A stretch of 63,682 bases of DNA, filler included, from Candidatus Fermentibacterota bacterium (GTDB lineage: Bacteria > JAFGKV01), in the NCBI GenBank assembly GCA_016928395.1. It is 8 parts of 8 records of this genome, joined end to end, with 100 filler letters (N's around TTAATTAATTAA, not from the genome) between each part and the next. Parts side by side here need not be neighbours in the genome. Positions count along the whole stretch, not along the records: positions 9,401 to 23,063 come from JAFGKV010000196.1; positions 23,164 to 28,979 come from JAFGKV010000197.1; positions 29,080 to 42,744 come from JAFGKV010000026.1; 5 more parts are not named here. One strand, 5' to 3'. This document shows positions 19,577-29,246 of the stretch, piece after piece. The translations under genes and the position numbers were made by a program. Below the pieces are notes generated by a model. It saw nothing but the letters and a program-made list of their open reading frames with translations, was not told the origin of the DNA and did no database searches. Every line of letters starts with the position of its first letter. Position 1 is the first letter of the stretch.

Positions 19577-19843
19577 ATGGAACGTGACGTGGTAATCCGG
19601 AACAGCCTGGGAGTGCATGCGCGTCCGGCGGCCATGTTTGTGCAGATTGCCTCGCGGTTCAAGGCCAAGATCTTGGTGGAGAGAGACGGGGTCGAGGTCA
19701 ACGGCAAGAGCATCATGGGCGTACTCATGCTGGCGGCCGAGCGCGGTGCCCGGCTTACGCTACGGGCCGACGGCGGTGACGCCCATGATGCCCTGGCAGC
19801 CCTGGCGGAACTGGTCGAGGTCAGGATGTTCGATGAGACGTGA
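19577..19843 (+). CDS. ptsH: Phosphocarrier protein HPr
   Basis: GVHARPAA, NGKSIMGVLML. Confidence 0.95.
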   Translation: MERDVVIRNSLGVHARPAAMFVQIASRFKAKILVERDGVEVNGKSIMGVLMLAAERGARLTLRADGGDAHDALAALAELVEVRMFDET

Positions 19844-19967
19844 TGAAATGCCCGCCACTGGGCTCAGGTATCCCCACGGCTTCCCCCTCCCATCATTGAA
19901 GATCAGGGCGGAGAAGGTGCCGGCTGCAGTACGCGGTGTCCGTTTCCCAGCAAGGAGATAGGTACGC

Positions 19968-20948
19968 ATGACTCTGACAACCTCGTTCATGGGTCTTACT
20001 CTGAAGAACCCCGTTATCGTCGCCAGTTCGGGCCTGGTCCGTTCGGTAGAAGGGGTTGTCCGGTGCGCCGAAGCCGGCGCCGGGGCCGTGGTGCTGAAGT
20101 CGCTGTTTGAGGAGCAGTTCGAGGCAGAAGCGCGCGCTATCACGGACGAGCTCCGGGAATCCTGGCACGCAGAGGCGCATGATTATGTGAACCGCATGAG
20201 CGTGGCGTTGGGCCCTGAAGCCTACCTTGGATTCGTACGCGACGCCAAGGGCGCGGTGGACATTCCTTTGATCGCCAGCCTCAACTGCACATCACACCGG
20301 GGTTGGCCTGAGTTCGCGAAGAGGCTTGTCGATGCAGGCGCCGATGCAGTGGAGCTGAATCTGGCACTGTTTCTGTCGTCCTCCAAGGAAGATAGCAGAG
20401 CCGTCGAAGACCGCTATCTCAGGATCGTGGAGAGTGTTCGCAGCAGCGTCGACGTGCCTCTTGCCGTGAAGGTCGGCCCATACTTCACGTCCATGGCGCA
20501 CATGGCTGCCCGATTCGCAGAGGGCGGTGTATCGGCATTGGTTCTCTTCAACAGGTTCCATCAACTCGATATCGACGTCGCGAAACTTGGGGTTATCTCG
20601 GGGAGCAGGTTCAGCACGCCCCAGGAGATGAGCACCTCCCTGAGATGGGTGAGTCTCCTGTACGGCAGGGTGGACTGTAACCTCGTCGGCGCCACTGGTG
20701 CCCATGACGGCACAGGCATCGTCAAGTTCATCCTGGCGGGCGCCACTGCGGTACAGGTCGCCTCGGCGATCTACCTCCACGGGATGAGCCGGGTGGGAGA
20801 GATGATCGCCACCATTGAGCGCTGGATGGAGTCCAAGGGGTTCTCTTCATTGGACGAGGTGCGCGGAAGACTCAGCCAAAGTGTGAGCGGAGACCCCGGA
20901 GCCTACGAGCGATTCCAGTACATCAAGGCCATTGCCGGGATCGAGTAG
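19968..20948 (+). CDS. Dihydroorotate dehydrogenase-like flavoprotein
   Basis: GLTLKNPVIVASS, VVLKSLFEEQ, LVLFNRF, AGATAVQVAS, YERFQY. Confidence 0.85.
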   Translation: MTLTTSFMGLTLKNPVIVASSGLVRSVEGVVRCAEAGAGAVVLKSLFEEQFEAEARAITDELRESWHAEAHDYVNRMSVALGPEAYLGFVRDAKGAVDIPLIASLNCTSHRGWPEFAKRLVDAGADAVELNLALFLSSSKEDSRAVEDRYLRIVESVRSSVDVPLAVKVGPYFTSMAHMAARFAEGGVSALVLFNRFHQLDIDVAKLGVISGSRFSTPQEMSTSLRWVSLLYGRVDCNLVGATGAHDGTGIVKFILAGATAVQVASAIYLHGMSRVGEMIATIERWMESKGFSSLDEVRGRLSQSVSGDPGAYERFQYIKAIAGIE

Positions 20949-20955
20949 CGCGGGG

Positions 20956-21074
20956 GCTGTCGGCTGTCGGCTGTCGGGTGTCGGCTATCGGCTATCGGCT
21001 GTCGGCTGTCGGCTATCAGCTATCAGCTATCAGCTATCGGCTGTCGGCTGTCGGCTGTCGGCTATCAGCTCTCA
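20956..21074. repeat. Heptamer tandem repeat GCT(G/A)TC(G/A), 17 units
   Basis: Counted directly; intergenic. Confidence 0.95.
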
Positions 21075-21120
21075 TGAGTGACGACCGGCTACTGCCTGCT
21101 GCCGAACTGGAGCCCCTTCC

Positions 21121-22506
21121 ATGCCGGTGACGCAAAGCGCAATGCAACGCGAACGGATTTTTCCTCGCAACCGCGCGTCCGTGGTGCCCGGATCCTATGT
21201 CCTGTACTGGATGCAGGCCGCGCAACGCGCTCACGCCAATCCAGCGCTGGAGTACGCGATTGTTCGAGCCAATCGATTGAAGGTCCCAGTCGTTTCGTGT
21301 TTTGGCCTGACCGAGAGTTTTCCCGGCGCCACTCTCAGGCACTACCAGTTTATGCTTGAAGGCCTTCGCGAGACCAAAGCTGACCTTGCAGCCCGAGGAA
21401 TCGAGTTTGCCGTACACCACGGTGAACCTTCCGACATCGCGGTAAGGCTAGGCCGGGAGGCATGCCTCGTCATTGCCGACCGGGGCTACCTTCGCATTCA
21501 GCGGAAGTGGCGTCGGGACGCCGCCCGGTTACTTCCGTGCCGAGTGGAAGAGATCGAGGGCGAGGTGGTGGTTCCGCTGAAGACCGCCTATCCCAAGCAG
21601 GCGTATTCGGCGGCTGTGCTGCGTCCACGTATCGACGCCTATCTTCCTCGGTTTTTCGTGCGGATGAGCGAGTCGCGGCCTGTTCGTCTCTCCCTGGGGC
21701 TGGTGGACCGGGGGCTCGATTTGGACGATGAGGGCCTCTTGGATGGCATGGAACTCGATCGTTCGATCTCACCTTCAGCGTTTTTCCGAGGTGGCCGGAG
21801 CCGAGGGCTGGCGCGGCTCGACCAGTTCATCAGCCACGATCTTGCGCAGTACGACGAAACCCGGAACGATCCCAATCATGAGGGCACATCCCGGCTCAGC
21901 GCCTACCTGCACTTCGGTCAGATCTCTTCTCTGGAGGTCGCATTGGCGGTTCGGAACTCGGGATTGCCCGCTGACTCGTTTCTGGATGAGCTGATAGTCC
22001 GCCGGGAACTGGCCTGCAACTATGCGTGGTTCAACCTCGAGTATGATGCATATGACGGTGTGGCTCATTGGGCGAAGAAGTCCCTTGCGCGGCATGCGGA
22101 GGATGGCCGGCCCTACCTCTTTGACGAGGCGACATTGGAAGACGCGCGCACCCATGATCCCTACTGGAATGCCGCACAGAACGAGATGCGTCTCACAGGG
22201 CGCATGCACGGGTACATGCGGATGTACTGGGGAAAGAAACTCATTGAATGGTGTGCCTCCCCCCGGGAGGCGTACGCGATAGCGGTCAGGCTGAATGATC
22301 GATACCAGATTGATGGAAGAGACCCCAATGGGTACGCCGGCATCGCATGGTGCTTCGGCACCCACGATCGTCCGTGGGGTGAGCGCGCGGTGTTCGGCTC
22401 TATACGCTATATGAATGAGGCGGGGCTCAGGAGGAAGTTTGACGCCGATGCCTATGTTCGGCGGGTGGAGACCATGATGGCCGAAGCCGATGCGAGGAAG
22501 CCATGA
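21121..22506 (+). CDS. phr: Class II CPD DNA photolyase
   Basis: VLYWMQ, SRLSAYLHFGQIS, THDPYWNAAQ, MHGYMRMYWGKK, DGRDPNGY. Confidence 0.93.
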   Translation: MPVTQSAMQRERIFPRNRASVVPGSYVLYWMQAAQRAHANPALEYAIVRANRLKVPVVSCFGLTESFPGATLRHYQFMLEGLRETKADLAARGIEFAVHHGEPSDIAVRLGREACLVIADRGYLRIQRKWRRDAARLLPCRVEEIEGEVVVPLKTAYPKQAYSAAVLRPRIDAYLPRFFVRMSESRPVRLSLGLVDRGLDLDDEGLLDGMELDRSISPSAFFRGGRSRGLARLDQFISHDLAQYDETRNDPNHEGTSRLSAYLHFGQISSLEVALAVRNSGLPADSFLDELIVRRELACNYAWFNLEYDAYDGVAHWAKKSLARHAEDGRPYLFDEATLEDARTHDPYWNAAQNEMRLTGRMHGYMRMYWGKKLIEWCASPREAYAIAVRLNDRYQIDGRDPNGYAGIAWCFGTHDRPWGERAVFGSIRYMNEAGLRRKFDADAYVRRVETMMAEADARKP

Positions 22507-23000
22507 ACGAGTCCCGCGCAGGGGACGCCTCTCTCACTGACCCACGGATCACACGCCTTCTAAGGTCGCAGCGTCTGGCGGTGCTCGCCACCGATGAGGA
22601 GGGGTCGCCGTATCTGAGTCTGGTCGCCTACGCCGCTGCACCTGACTTGACGCGGGTCTACTTCGCCACGCTGTCCTCGACGAGGAAGGCCCGGGCGTTG
22701 GAGGCGAATCCCCGGGTCGCTTTGCTGGTCGATGACCGGCGAAACGACGGCGGTGATCTGGCCGACGCATCGGCACTTACCCTGACCGGGTTGGCCGAGG
22801 CGGTACCAGCGAGGCGGCGCGACGAGGCCGCACGGCTCTTGGCAGAGGCGCATCCTGAGCTCTCGGATTTCCTGTCCATGGCAGACTGCCAGCTCTACGC
22901 CGTGCGGATCACAGGATGCGTCGTCGTGTCCCGCTTCACTGAGGATCCGGCTGGCGGATCCTGGTCGGGGCGCGGCCAAACGAGCGACTCGCACTCCTAG
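22503..23000 (+). CDS. Pyridoxamine 5'-phosphate oxidase-like split-barrel protein
   Basis: LAVLAT..PYLSLVAY...FATLSSTRK..NPRVALLVD. Confidence 0.85.
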   Translation: MNESRAGDASLTDPRITRLLRSQRLAVLATDEEGSPYLSLVAYAAAPDLTRVYFATLSSTRKARALEANPRVALLVDDRRNDGGDLADASALTLTGLAEAVPARRRDEAARLLAEAHPELSDFLSMADCQLYAVRITGCVVVSRFTEDPAGGSWSGRGQTSDSHS

Positions 23001-23063
23001 CCCCCGTTTCCTAGTTACGCAGGAGGACAACCTCGGAGGGGTTGTAGGACAACGAGTTTCTGA
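22997..23063. mobile_element. End of a multicopy IS-like element at a CTAG site (copy 1)
   Basis: 67 bp identical to 57287-57353; identity begins at CTAG; both copies end a contig. Confidence 0.7.
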
Positions 23064-23163
23064 NNNNNNNNNNNNNNNNNNNNNNNNNNNNNNNNNNNNN
23101 NNNNNNNTTAATTAATTAANNNNNNNNNNNNNNNNNNNNNNNNNNNNNNNNNNNNNNNNNNNN

Positions 23164-23385
23164 CTGGGACTCCGACAGGTCGATGCCCGTGACCTGGTAG
23201 CCCCTCCTGGCCAGCTCGATGGCGTGCCGGCCGGTCCCGCAGCCCACGTCCAGGATCCTCTTGGAGCGGTCCCCGCCCAGCTCCTGCTCGATGAAGTCGA
23301 CCTCGCCGAGGGTACCCTGGGTAAAGACCTCCCGGTCGTAGGTTCCGGCATAGTCCGTGAACAGCTCTTCGTACCACTGGCTCAT
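23164..23385 (-). CDS. Class I SAM methyltransferase, 3' end cut by contig end
   Basis: ILDVGCGTGRH...VTGIDLS. Confidence 0.85.
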
Positions 23386-23806
23386 GGGGACAGGGTATCA
23401 GATCCAGGCCTGTTGGCAAAGCCGAGCGCGGGTCGCCCTGGCTCGGCGGCAGGAACCGTGCGCGGCAGCCCGGCTACCTCCAACGCGCGGGCGCCGGGCT
23501 TGCCCCGTCTCCAGAGATGTTGCTGGGGCACCCTGAAGGGCGCCAAATCCCAAAGCCTTGAAATCCGGTGCTGAGCATGCATCGCAGACGCGCCTCCAGC
23601 TTCGTCCTGCGGACCACGCCAGTCTCAACAAAACGTCGCTAGTTGGCTGCAACTACCGATTTCGTACTGACACAATCGGAGCGACTCAACGCCCCAAGCC
23701 TTGACACTGGACGGTCTGATCCGCCTGGGTGGATCGATGCAGGCTTAAGGGGTGCCTGCGAACCGGAGGGCCTGCGCAGAAGTGGACACCGGTGACTCAC
23801 GATGAC

Positions 23807-23856
23807 TTGACAAATCCAAGAGTGGTTGTATACTAACAGCGAATGTTGTTCAACAA
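23807..23856 (+). promoter_or_regulatory. sigma70 promoter and GntR-type operator for the TRAP operon
   Basis: TTGACA-16-TATACT (23807-23834); palindrome TTGTTCAACAA at 23846-23856. Confidence 0.65.
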
Positions 23857-24079
23857 TATTCGGGCTCCCGTATCTGCAGTGAGGAGGAGTGGGAATGGGA
23901 TAGTGAGTTTCAGTTGAGGTGTCTGGAGGTGACGCGTGGATGCAAGGCTCCGTCTCGTGTCCACACGATGAGGTTTCGTCTGCAGCTTCGAAGGTCGTTG
24001 GGGTTGCTCCCAGGCGACCATCGCGGTTCGAGCGGGCGAAATATTCTTGAGGAGATCTGGTGGTCGAGGAGGTGCGAAA

Positions 24080-25114
24080 GTGAAAAAAATAGCCTTGGTG
24101 GGTGTTTTCCTTGCCCTATGCGTATTCACCCTCATGGGCGCGGGACAGAAGGAGGCGATAACCACGCCGACGGGGGAACGGGTCGATCTGAGCACGATCG
24201 AGCCGGTCGAGATCAAGTTGACGTCCATCACGCCGATAGGACATCCAATTTACGCAGGGATGGAGCTGTTCAAGAATCTTGTCGAGTTGAACACTCAAGG
24301 CAAGATAACGGTAGTGTTGTTCCCGGCATCTCAATTGGGGGACCAAGTCCAGCAGTTCGACATGGTGAGGAACGGTTCCGTCGAGGTCGGGCACATCGGC
24401 GGCGCGGTACTGTCGGGTCTCGTCAAAGACTACAACATCTGCGGCGTGATGTATCTGTACCGCGACTACGACCACTTCCTGAAGGTGTGGGGGGGGCCGA
24501 TCGGGAAGCGGCTCGCTCTCAGAATGGAAGACCACAACATCCACGTGCTGAACTCGGTGGGTCTCGTGGGGGTCCGGCATGTGCTCTCCAAGAAACCCGT
24601 CAGATCGATAGACGACCTCAAGGGTCTCTCAATCCGAACCCCCGAAGCGCCGATGCTCACGGAAGGTTTCCGAGCTCTCGGAGCCAGCCCTACGACCATC
24701 GCCTTCGCAGAGGTATACACGGCACTCCAATTGGGGACCGTGGATGCGATGGAGTGCCCTCTGGACTGGATCTACAAAATGAGATTCCACGAAGTCGCAA
24801 AGAATCTGACACTCACCGGTCATACGAGCGGAGATCCGTACTTGTACGTGGTCAACAAGAAATGGTGGGACGGACTTCCGGGAGCTGCGCAGCAAGTCAT
24901 CGAGGAAGCCGCCCTGTCTGCTTCTCTGCACGCCAACATGCAAATCAAGCTCGAGGAATCACAGATACGCAAGAAGATGGAGGAGGAGGGAGCAGTGTTC
25001 ATCGAAGTGGATGCTGCTCCATTCCAGGAGAGGATTCGAACCGCGATACCCAAACTCGCCAACCTTTGGGGAGGCGACATAGGACTCTACGACGAGGTCA
25101 AGAACACCCGATAA
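24080..25114 (+). CDS. dctP: TRAP transporter substrate-binding protein (DctP)
   Basis: FPASQLG, DDLKGLSIRTP, AFAEVYTALQLGTVDAMECP; GTG start with GAGGAGG SD. Confidence 0.92.
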   Translation: MKKIALVGVFLALCVFTLMGAGQKEAITTPTGERVDLSTIEPVEIKLTSITPIGHPIYAGMELFKNLVELNTQGKITVVLFPASQLGDQVQQFDMVRNGSVEVGHIGGAVLSGLVKDYNICGVMYLYRDYDHFLKVWGGPIGKRLALRMEDHNIHVLNSVGLVGVRHVLSKKPVRSIDDLKGLSIRTPEAPMLTEGFRALGASPTTIAFAEVYTALQLGTVDAMECPLDWIYKMRFHEVAKNLTLTGHTSGDPYLYVVNKKWWDGLPGAAQQVIEEAALSASLHANMQIKLEESQIRKKMEEEGAVFIEVDAAPFQERIRTAIPKLANLWGGDIGLYDEVKNTR

Positions 25115-25215
25115 GGATTCTCTCATCCCGCGAGTAATCGGGCTCCCGGACTTCGATCCTACCGCAAGTTCGGGAGCCAGTCGCGGCGGCCGCACTGGCG
25201 AGAAAGAAGAGCGAA

Positions 25216-25731
25216 GTGCGAAATCTACTGAAGGCAGCCATCAAGTTGATCGAACGCCTTGAGCGGGTCACCGTCATCGTGGCTTTCTCAGTGATGGTGG
25301 CTGTGATCGCACTCAACGTGCTGCTGCGCTACGTTTTTCACTGCTCTTTGATCTGGGGCCAGGACGTGGCTCTAATATGCTTCATGTGGACCACTTTCCT
25401 CGGGGCAAGTATAGGAGCCAAGCGAAGGATGCTCATTCGCGTCGATTCCCTGCTCAGGTTCATGTCGCCAAGGGCCGCACGCTTCGTACAGCTGTTCATT
25501 GATCTCACCATCGCATGCTTCCTCGTGTTGTTGTTCAAGGCCGGACTGGACCTAGTCATCTTCAATCTGCCGTCGACAATCCCAAGCATGGTACACGTAT
25601 CCATGAGCGTCTACTCGACCTCCATACTCGTTGCTACCGTCTTCATGATCCCTCATTACGTCAGTGACATCGTGGCGGCGATCAAGAGCCTGGCGTCACA
25701 CACGAACTCGTCGCAAGACGAGACTCGATAG
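25216..25731 (+). CDS. dctQ: TRAP small permease (DctQ)
   Basis: Four hydrophobic segments, NVLLRYVF, W..FLGA. Confidence 0.88.
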   Translation: MRNLLKAAIKLIERLERVTVIVAFSVMVAVIALNVLLRYVFHCSLIWGQDVALICFMWTTFLGASIGAKRRMLIRVDSLLRFMSPRAARFVQLFIDLTIACFLVLLFKAGLDLVIFNLPSTIPSMVHVSMSVYSTSILVATVFMIPHYVSDIVAAIKSLASHTNSSQDETR

Positions 25732-25757
25732 AGAGCAGGAGACGAGGAGCCTCGAAC

Positions 25758-27038
25758 ATGTTCGTTCCAATGGTCATTTTGCTGGCCGTCCTGTTCGTCA
25801 TCAGCATGCCGGTGGCGTTCGCAATTGCAGTGGCCTGCATGGTCTACGTCCTGGCGGCCGGCGTGCCTCTGATGGTGATCGCGCAGAAGATGGTGTATGG
25901 TCTCAACTCGTTCCCGCTTCTGGCGATAGGAATGTTCATCCTTACGGCGAACCTGATGAGCGCCGCCGGTTTCACTGATCGCATCTTCCGCTTTGCCGGG
26001 AACTTGGTAGGGCACGTGCGCGGCGGGCTGGCGCACGCCAACGTCGCCGCGAGCATCATCTTCGCCGGCATGTCGGGCGCCTCTCTGGCCGACGTGGCGG
26101 GGTTGGGGAGAATCGAGATCGAAGCGATGGAGAAGGATGGTTTCGATCCGGATTTCTCCATGGCGGTCACTGCCGCCTCTTCGGCGGTTGGACCAATCAT
26201 TCCACCCAGTGTGGCGGCGGTCGTCTACGGCGCGTCAATCGGTGTTTCCATCGGCAAGCTCCTCATCGGTGGCATCATTCCAGGGCTCTTGATCGGTGCT
26301 CTCGTATTCGTCATGACCTTTGTTATTGCCGCGACTCGACGAATGCCGACCAGAAAGAAGGCATCGCTCGGCGAGGTGTGGGACAGTTTCAGCAAGAGCT
26401 TTCTGGCTCTCCTGGCCCCCGTCATTCTGATAGGAGGAATCCTTACAGGCGTATTTACGCCGACCGAGTCAGCGGCCATCGCGTTTTTCTACGTGCTGTT
26501 GGTCGCACTCGTGTTCTATAGGTCCATAACGCCGAGGAAACTCCTGGACGTCATCCTCGATTCAGCAATCGGTACGGCGATGGTCTGTCTCATTGTCTCT
26601 TCGTCTCTCGTATTCGGCTTGATCGCAACGACAGAACAGCTCCCTCACAGACTCGCTGAAGCGATCCCGCTCATTTCCCAAAACCCGAATGTCGTGCTGC
26701 TGATTGCCAACCTGTTTCTGCTGGTGATCGGTTGCCTCATCGAAATGACGCCTGTGCTGATCATATTGCCCCCAATCTTCTTTCCGGTAATGCTGAACCT
26801 GGGCATCGATCCCATCCACTTCGGGATCGTGATGGTGTTCAACATCACAATAGGATTGTTCACCCCTCCTTTCGGTATGGGTATGTTCGTCCTGTTAGGC
26901 ATCACCAACAGGAGCATGGGATCATTCGCCAAAGCATTCTTGCCGTACCTGGTAGTACTTCTGCTGGCCCTCATGCTGATCACCTACGTGTCTCCCATTG
27001 TCACGTTCCTGCCCAACTTGATCATGGGAGGCGGATGA
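25758..27038 (+). CDS. dctM: TRAP large permease (DctM)
   Basis: GGLAHANV, FAGMSGAS, GPIIPPS, FTPTESA, DPIHFG, TPPFG. Confidence 0.93.
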   Translation: MFVPMVILLAVLFVISMPVAFAIAVACMVYVLAAGVPLMVIAQKMVYGLNSFPLLAIGMFILTANLMSAAGFTDRIFRFAGNLVGHVRGGLAHANVAASIIFAGMSGASLADVAGLGRIEIEAMEKDGFDPDFSMAVTAASSAVGPIIPPSVAAVVYGASIGVSIGKLLIGGIIPGLLIGALVFVMTFVIAATRRMPTRKKASLGEVWDSFSKSFLALLAPVILIGGILTGVFTPTESAAIAFFYVLLVALVFYRSITPRKLLDVILDSAIGTAMVCLIVSSSLVFGLIATTEQLPHRLAEAIPLISQNPNVVLLIANLFLLVIGCLIEMTPVLIILPPIFFPVMLNLGIDPIHFGIVMVFNITIGLFTPPFGMGMFVLLGITNRSMGSFAKAFLPYLVVLLLALMLITYVSPIVTFLPNLIMGGG

Positions 27039-27151
27039 CAGGAGCGCTTCGGGGCGTCGGAGGGCAACGCTTCCCCTTCATCGGCAGCGCCGCGCCAATC
27101 TCGGACCATGCACTTGATTGACTGTACTCCAACTTGTATTCTTGTAGAACA

Positions 27152-27799
27152 ATGCCGGGAGCCTCGAAAGAACGCATTTACCTGTCCCTTTTTAGCCGTA
27201 TCTTCGACGGCGAATACGGCGAAAACACCAGGCTCAAAGAGGAAGAGCTGGCACGGGAGTTCGGGGTCAGTCGAACCCCGATACGCGAAGTGCTCAGACA
27301 GCTCGAGCAGGATGGAGTAGTGCAGCTCGTGCCACACCGAGGCGCGAGCGTAAATCCGTTCACGGCTGATGATGTGGAGGAGCTGTACGAAATCCGAAAG
27401 AAGCTGGAAGTCCTTGCCCTCGAGTTTGCCGTTCCAGGAATCAAACTGCAGACCCTCAGAGAGTTGAAGGCGATGATCGAGGCCATCACGGATTCTTGCA
27501 GTCCGGAGCGTGTTGCCGAAATCGACCGCAGCCTTCACAACTACATAATCAGCTCCAGCGGCAAGCCTCGGTTGTCAAACCTCCTGGGGCAGGTAATGCG
27601 ACTCATGGAGCGATTCCAGTATATCGGCTCGACGCATACTTCGGCGTCCGATCAAAGACTAGCCTGCCAGGACCATCTTGAGCTGATCGAGGCCATGATG
27701 AGGCGCGATCGGGAGACGGCGACGGCAGTGCTTGCGAATCACATCGAGCGCAGCAAGCAGCTGGCCGTTTCGTTTCTGTTCATTCACCAGAAACGCTGA
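27152..27799 (+). CDS. GntR/FCD transcriptional regulator
   Basis: EEELAREFGVSRTPIREVL HTH plus FCD domain; ATG 27152. Confidence 0.9.
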   Translation: MPGASKERIYLSLFSRIFDGEYGENTRLKEEELAREFGVSRTPIREVLRQLEQDGVVQLVPHRGASVNPFTADDVEELYEIRKKLEVLALEFAVPGIKLQTLRELKAMIEAITDSCSPERVAEIDRSLHNYIISSSGKPRLSNLLGQVMRLMERFQYIGSTHTSASDQRLACQDHLELIEAMMRRDRETATAVLANHIERSKQLAVSFLFIHQKR

Positions 27800-28889
27800 G
27801 GGAGTCGGGAATCTTCAGGGGGTACCGTCCCCAGCGCCTTCCCGCCTCGTACAGAGCGAATACGTTTTCGTTCGGAACATCGTCTTTGATGCTGTGATCG
27901 GAGGCCAGAATGTATCCGCCGCCAGGCCCTGCCGTCCGCAAGCACTCCAGAGTTTCGACTTGAACTGCCTTTGGCGAGCCTGTGACGAGAGTCGTCGTAT
28001 TGTCCACGTTGCCGAGCAAACACAGCCTCTGTCCGTACGCGCGCTTCAATTCGCCCAGATCCATGCCGGCCCGACGTTCGATCGGATGGTAAGCGTCGAT
28101 TCCAGCACGCAGCAACCCACTCAGTAGCGGCCTGATGTGTCCGTCGCTGTGCATGATCACGGGAGCCCCCATGTCACGAACCGCCCGAACCAGGCGGCCG
28201 ACCTGAGGGAGGATATGTCGTTCGAAGTGCCATGGAGAGATCAGGGGCGACTCCGAACTGCCGTAATCGTCTGCGAAGAACACTGCATCGACTCCCGTCT
28301 GGACCATGCGGCGTGCACCTTCGATGAAAAAGTCCGTAATGGCGGTCAGGACGTCATCGATGAAATCAGGGTCATCGTACAACAGGGTTGCGAAGGTCTC
28401 GAATCCGAACAGGAGCCAGGTCGCGCTGAAGGGACCTCGCACGATTCCGGCTACGGCCATGTCGGAAGCCTGGGCCAGACGGACGGCGGTAGTCACCTGG
28501 CGTAGCCTTGTGGGGATCGAGGGATCTGGGACGGTATAGTTCTTCCAGTCGCTGCGGCCTCTGAGCGGGAACGCCACAGGCGCGTCGATGGGCCAGGCCT
28601 GGGGGTCCTTCTTGTACGTCGTGCCCCATTCGTCACGAAACGTATCCCCTCCTCCGGGTTCCACGAATCCCGCCACGCCTCCGAATGGTATGGGCACCAT
28701 GTCGTAGCCGACCCGGCGACAGCAGTCGGTGACGTCTTCCGCGTTATAGGATTCGGGGATCCGACCGATGACTTCCTTGAACAAGCGCCTGCTGTAGATG
28801 AAGTCGAAGATGGGCACCCGGTCCGGCTCTCCATGGCGAAGCGCAGTGAGTACGCGTTCTCTGGAAGTCATCTCTCCGGTGTCACTCAT
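27780..28889 (-). CDS. Uroporphyrinogen decarboxylase-superfamily (MtaA/CmuA-like) protein
   Basis: MTSRERV...PDRVP, DEWG, ADDYG, HSDG, GGGYILASDHSI. Confidence 0.88.
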   Translation of the reverse strand: MSDTGEMTSRERVLTALRHGEPDRVPIFDFIYSRRLFKEVIGRIPESYNAEDVTDCCRRVGYDMVPIPFGGVAGFVEPGGGDTFRDEWGTTYKKDPQAWPIDAPVAFPLRGRSDWKNYTVPDPSIPTRLRQVTTAVRLAQASDMAVAGIVRGPFSATWLLFGFETFATLLYDDPDFIDDVLTAITDFFIEGARRMVQTGVDAVFFADDYGSSESPLISPWHFERHILPQVGRLVRAVRDMGAPVIMHSDGHIRPLLSGLLRAGIDAYHPIERRAGMDLGELKRAYGQRLCLLGNVDNTTTLVTGSPKAVQVETLECLRTAGPGGGYILASDHSIKDDVPNENVFALYEAGRRWGRYPLKIPDSLSVSGE

Positions 28890-28935
28890 GGTCCATCTCC
28901 CGGCAATAGTCGAACAGGGCGACCACATTCTCGAT

Positions 28936-28975
28936 TGGTACGTCAGTGGGAATCGAACCTGCCGACCCGAGGATG
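28936..28975 (-). other. Degenerate tRNA 3'-half-like remnant (possible att scar)
   Basis: Minus strand ATCCTCGGGTCGGCAGGTTCGATTCCCACTGACGTACCA: T-loop GGTTCGATTCC and terminal ACCA, but the T-stem is mismatched and the 3' arm is 1 nt short. Confidence 0.4.
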
Positions 28976-29246
28976 TATCNNNNNNNNNNNNNNNNNNNNN
29001 NNNNNNNNNNNNNNNNNNNNNNNTTAATTAATTAANNNNNNNNNNNNNNNNNNNNNNNNNNNNNNNNNNNNNNNNNNNNGGGATTCCCTGGGATTCCCTC
29101 CTCTCGCGATGAGTATCGAAGCTCTCCCTCTCGAGCATCGATAGAATGACAGTCACTGCCGGTTGTGCCAAGAGGCTGGAGTTGGAGAGGTGTGCATCGA
29201 CAGGGGATCGGCGCCCGACGGCCTCCCCCGTGCGGAAGGACCTCAA

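Noticed and set aside
23640..23655. TAGTTG-GCTG-CAACTA palindrome as an integron attC site
   Set aside because: No RYYYAAC...GTTRRRY pair or cassette context, and no integrase
23914..25137. 407-aa ORF overlapping dctP
   Set aside because: Alternate-frame shadow of a GC-rich gene; Arg/Ser-rich with no motifs
28936..28979. Functional tRNA gene
   Set aside because: T-stem unpaired, acceptor arm 1 nt short, no anticodon arm visible before the gap; kept only as a remnant
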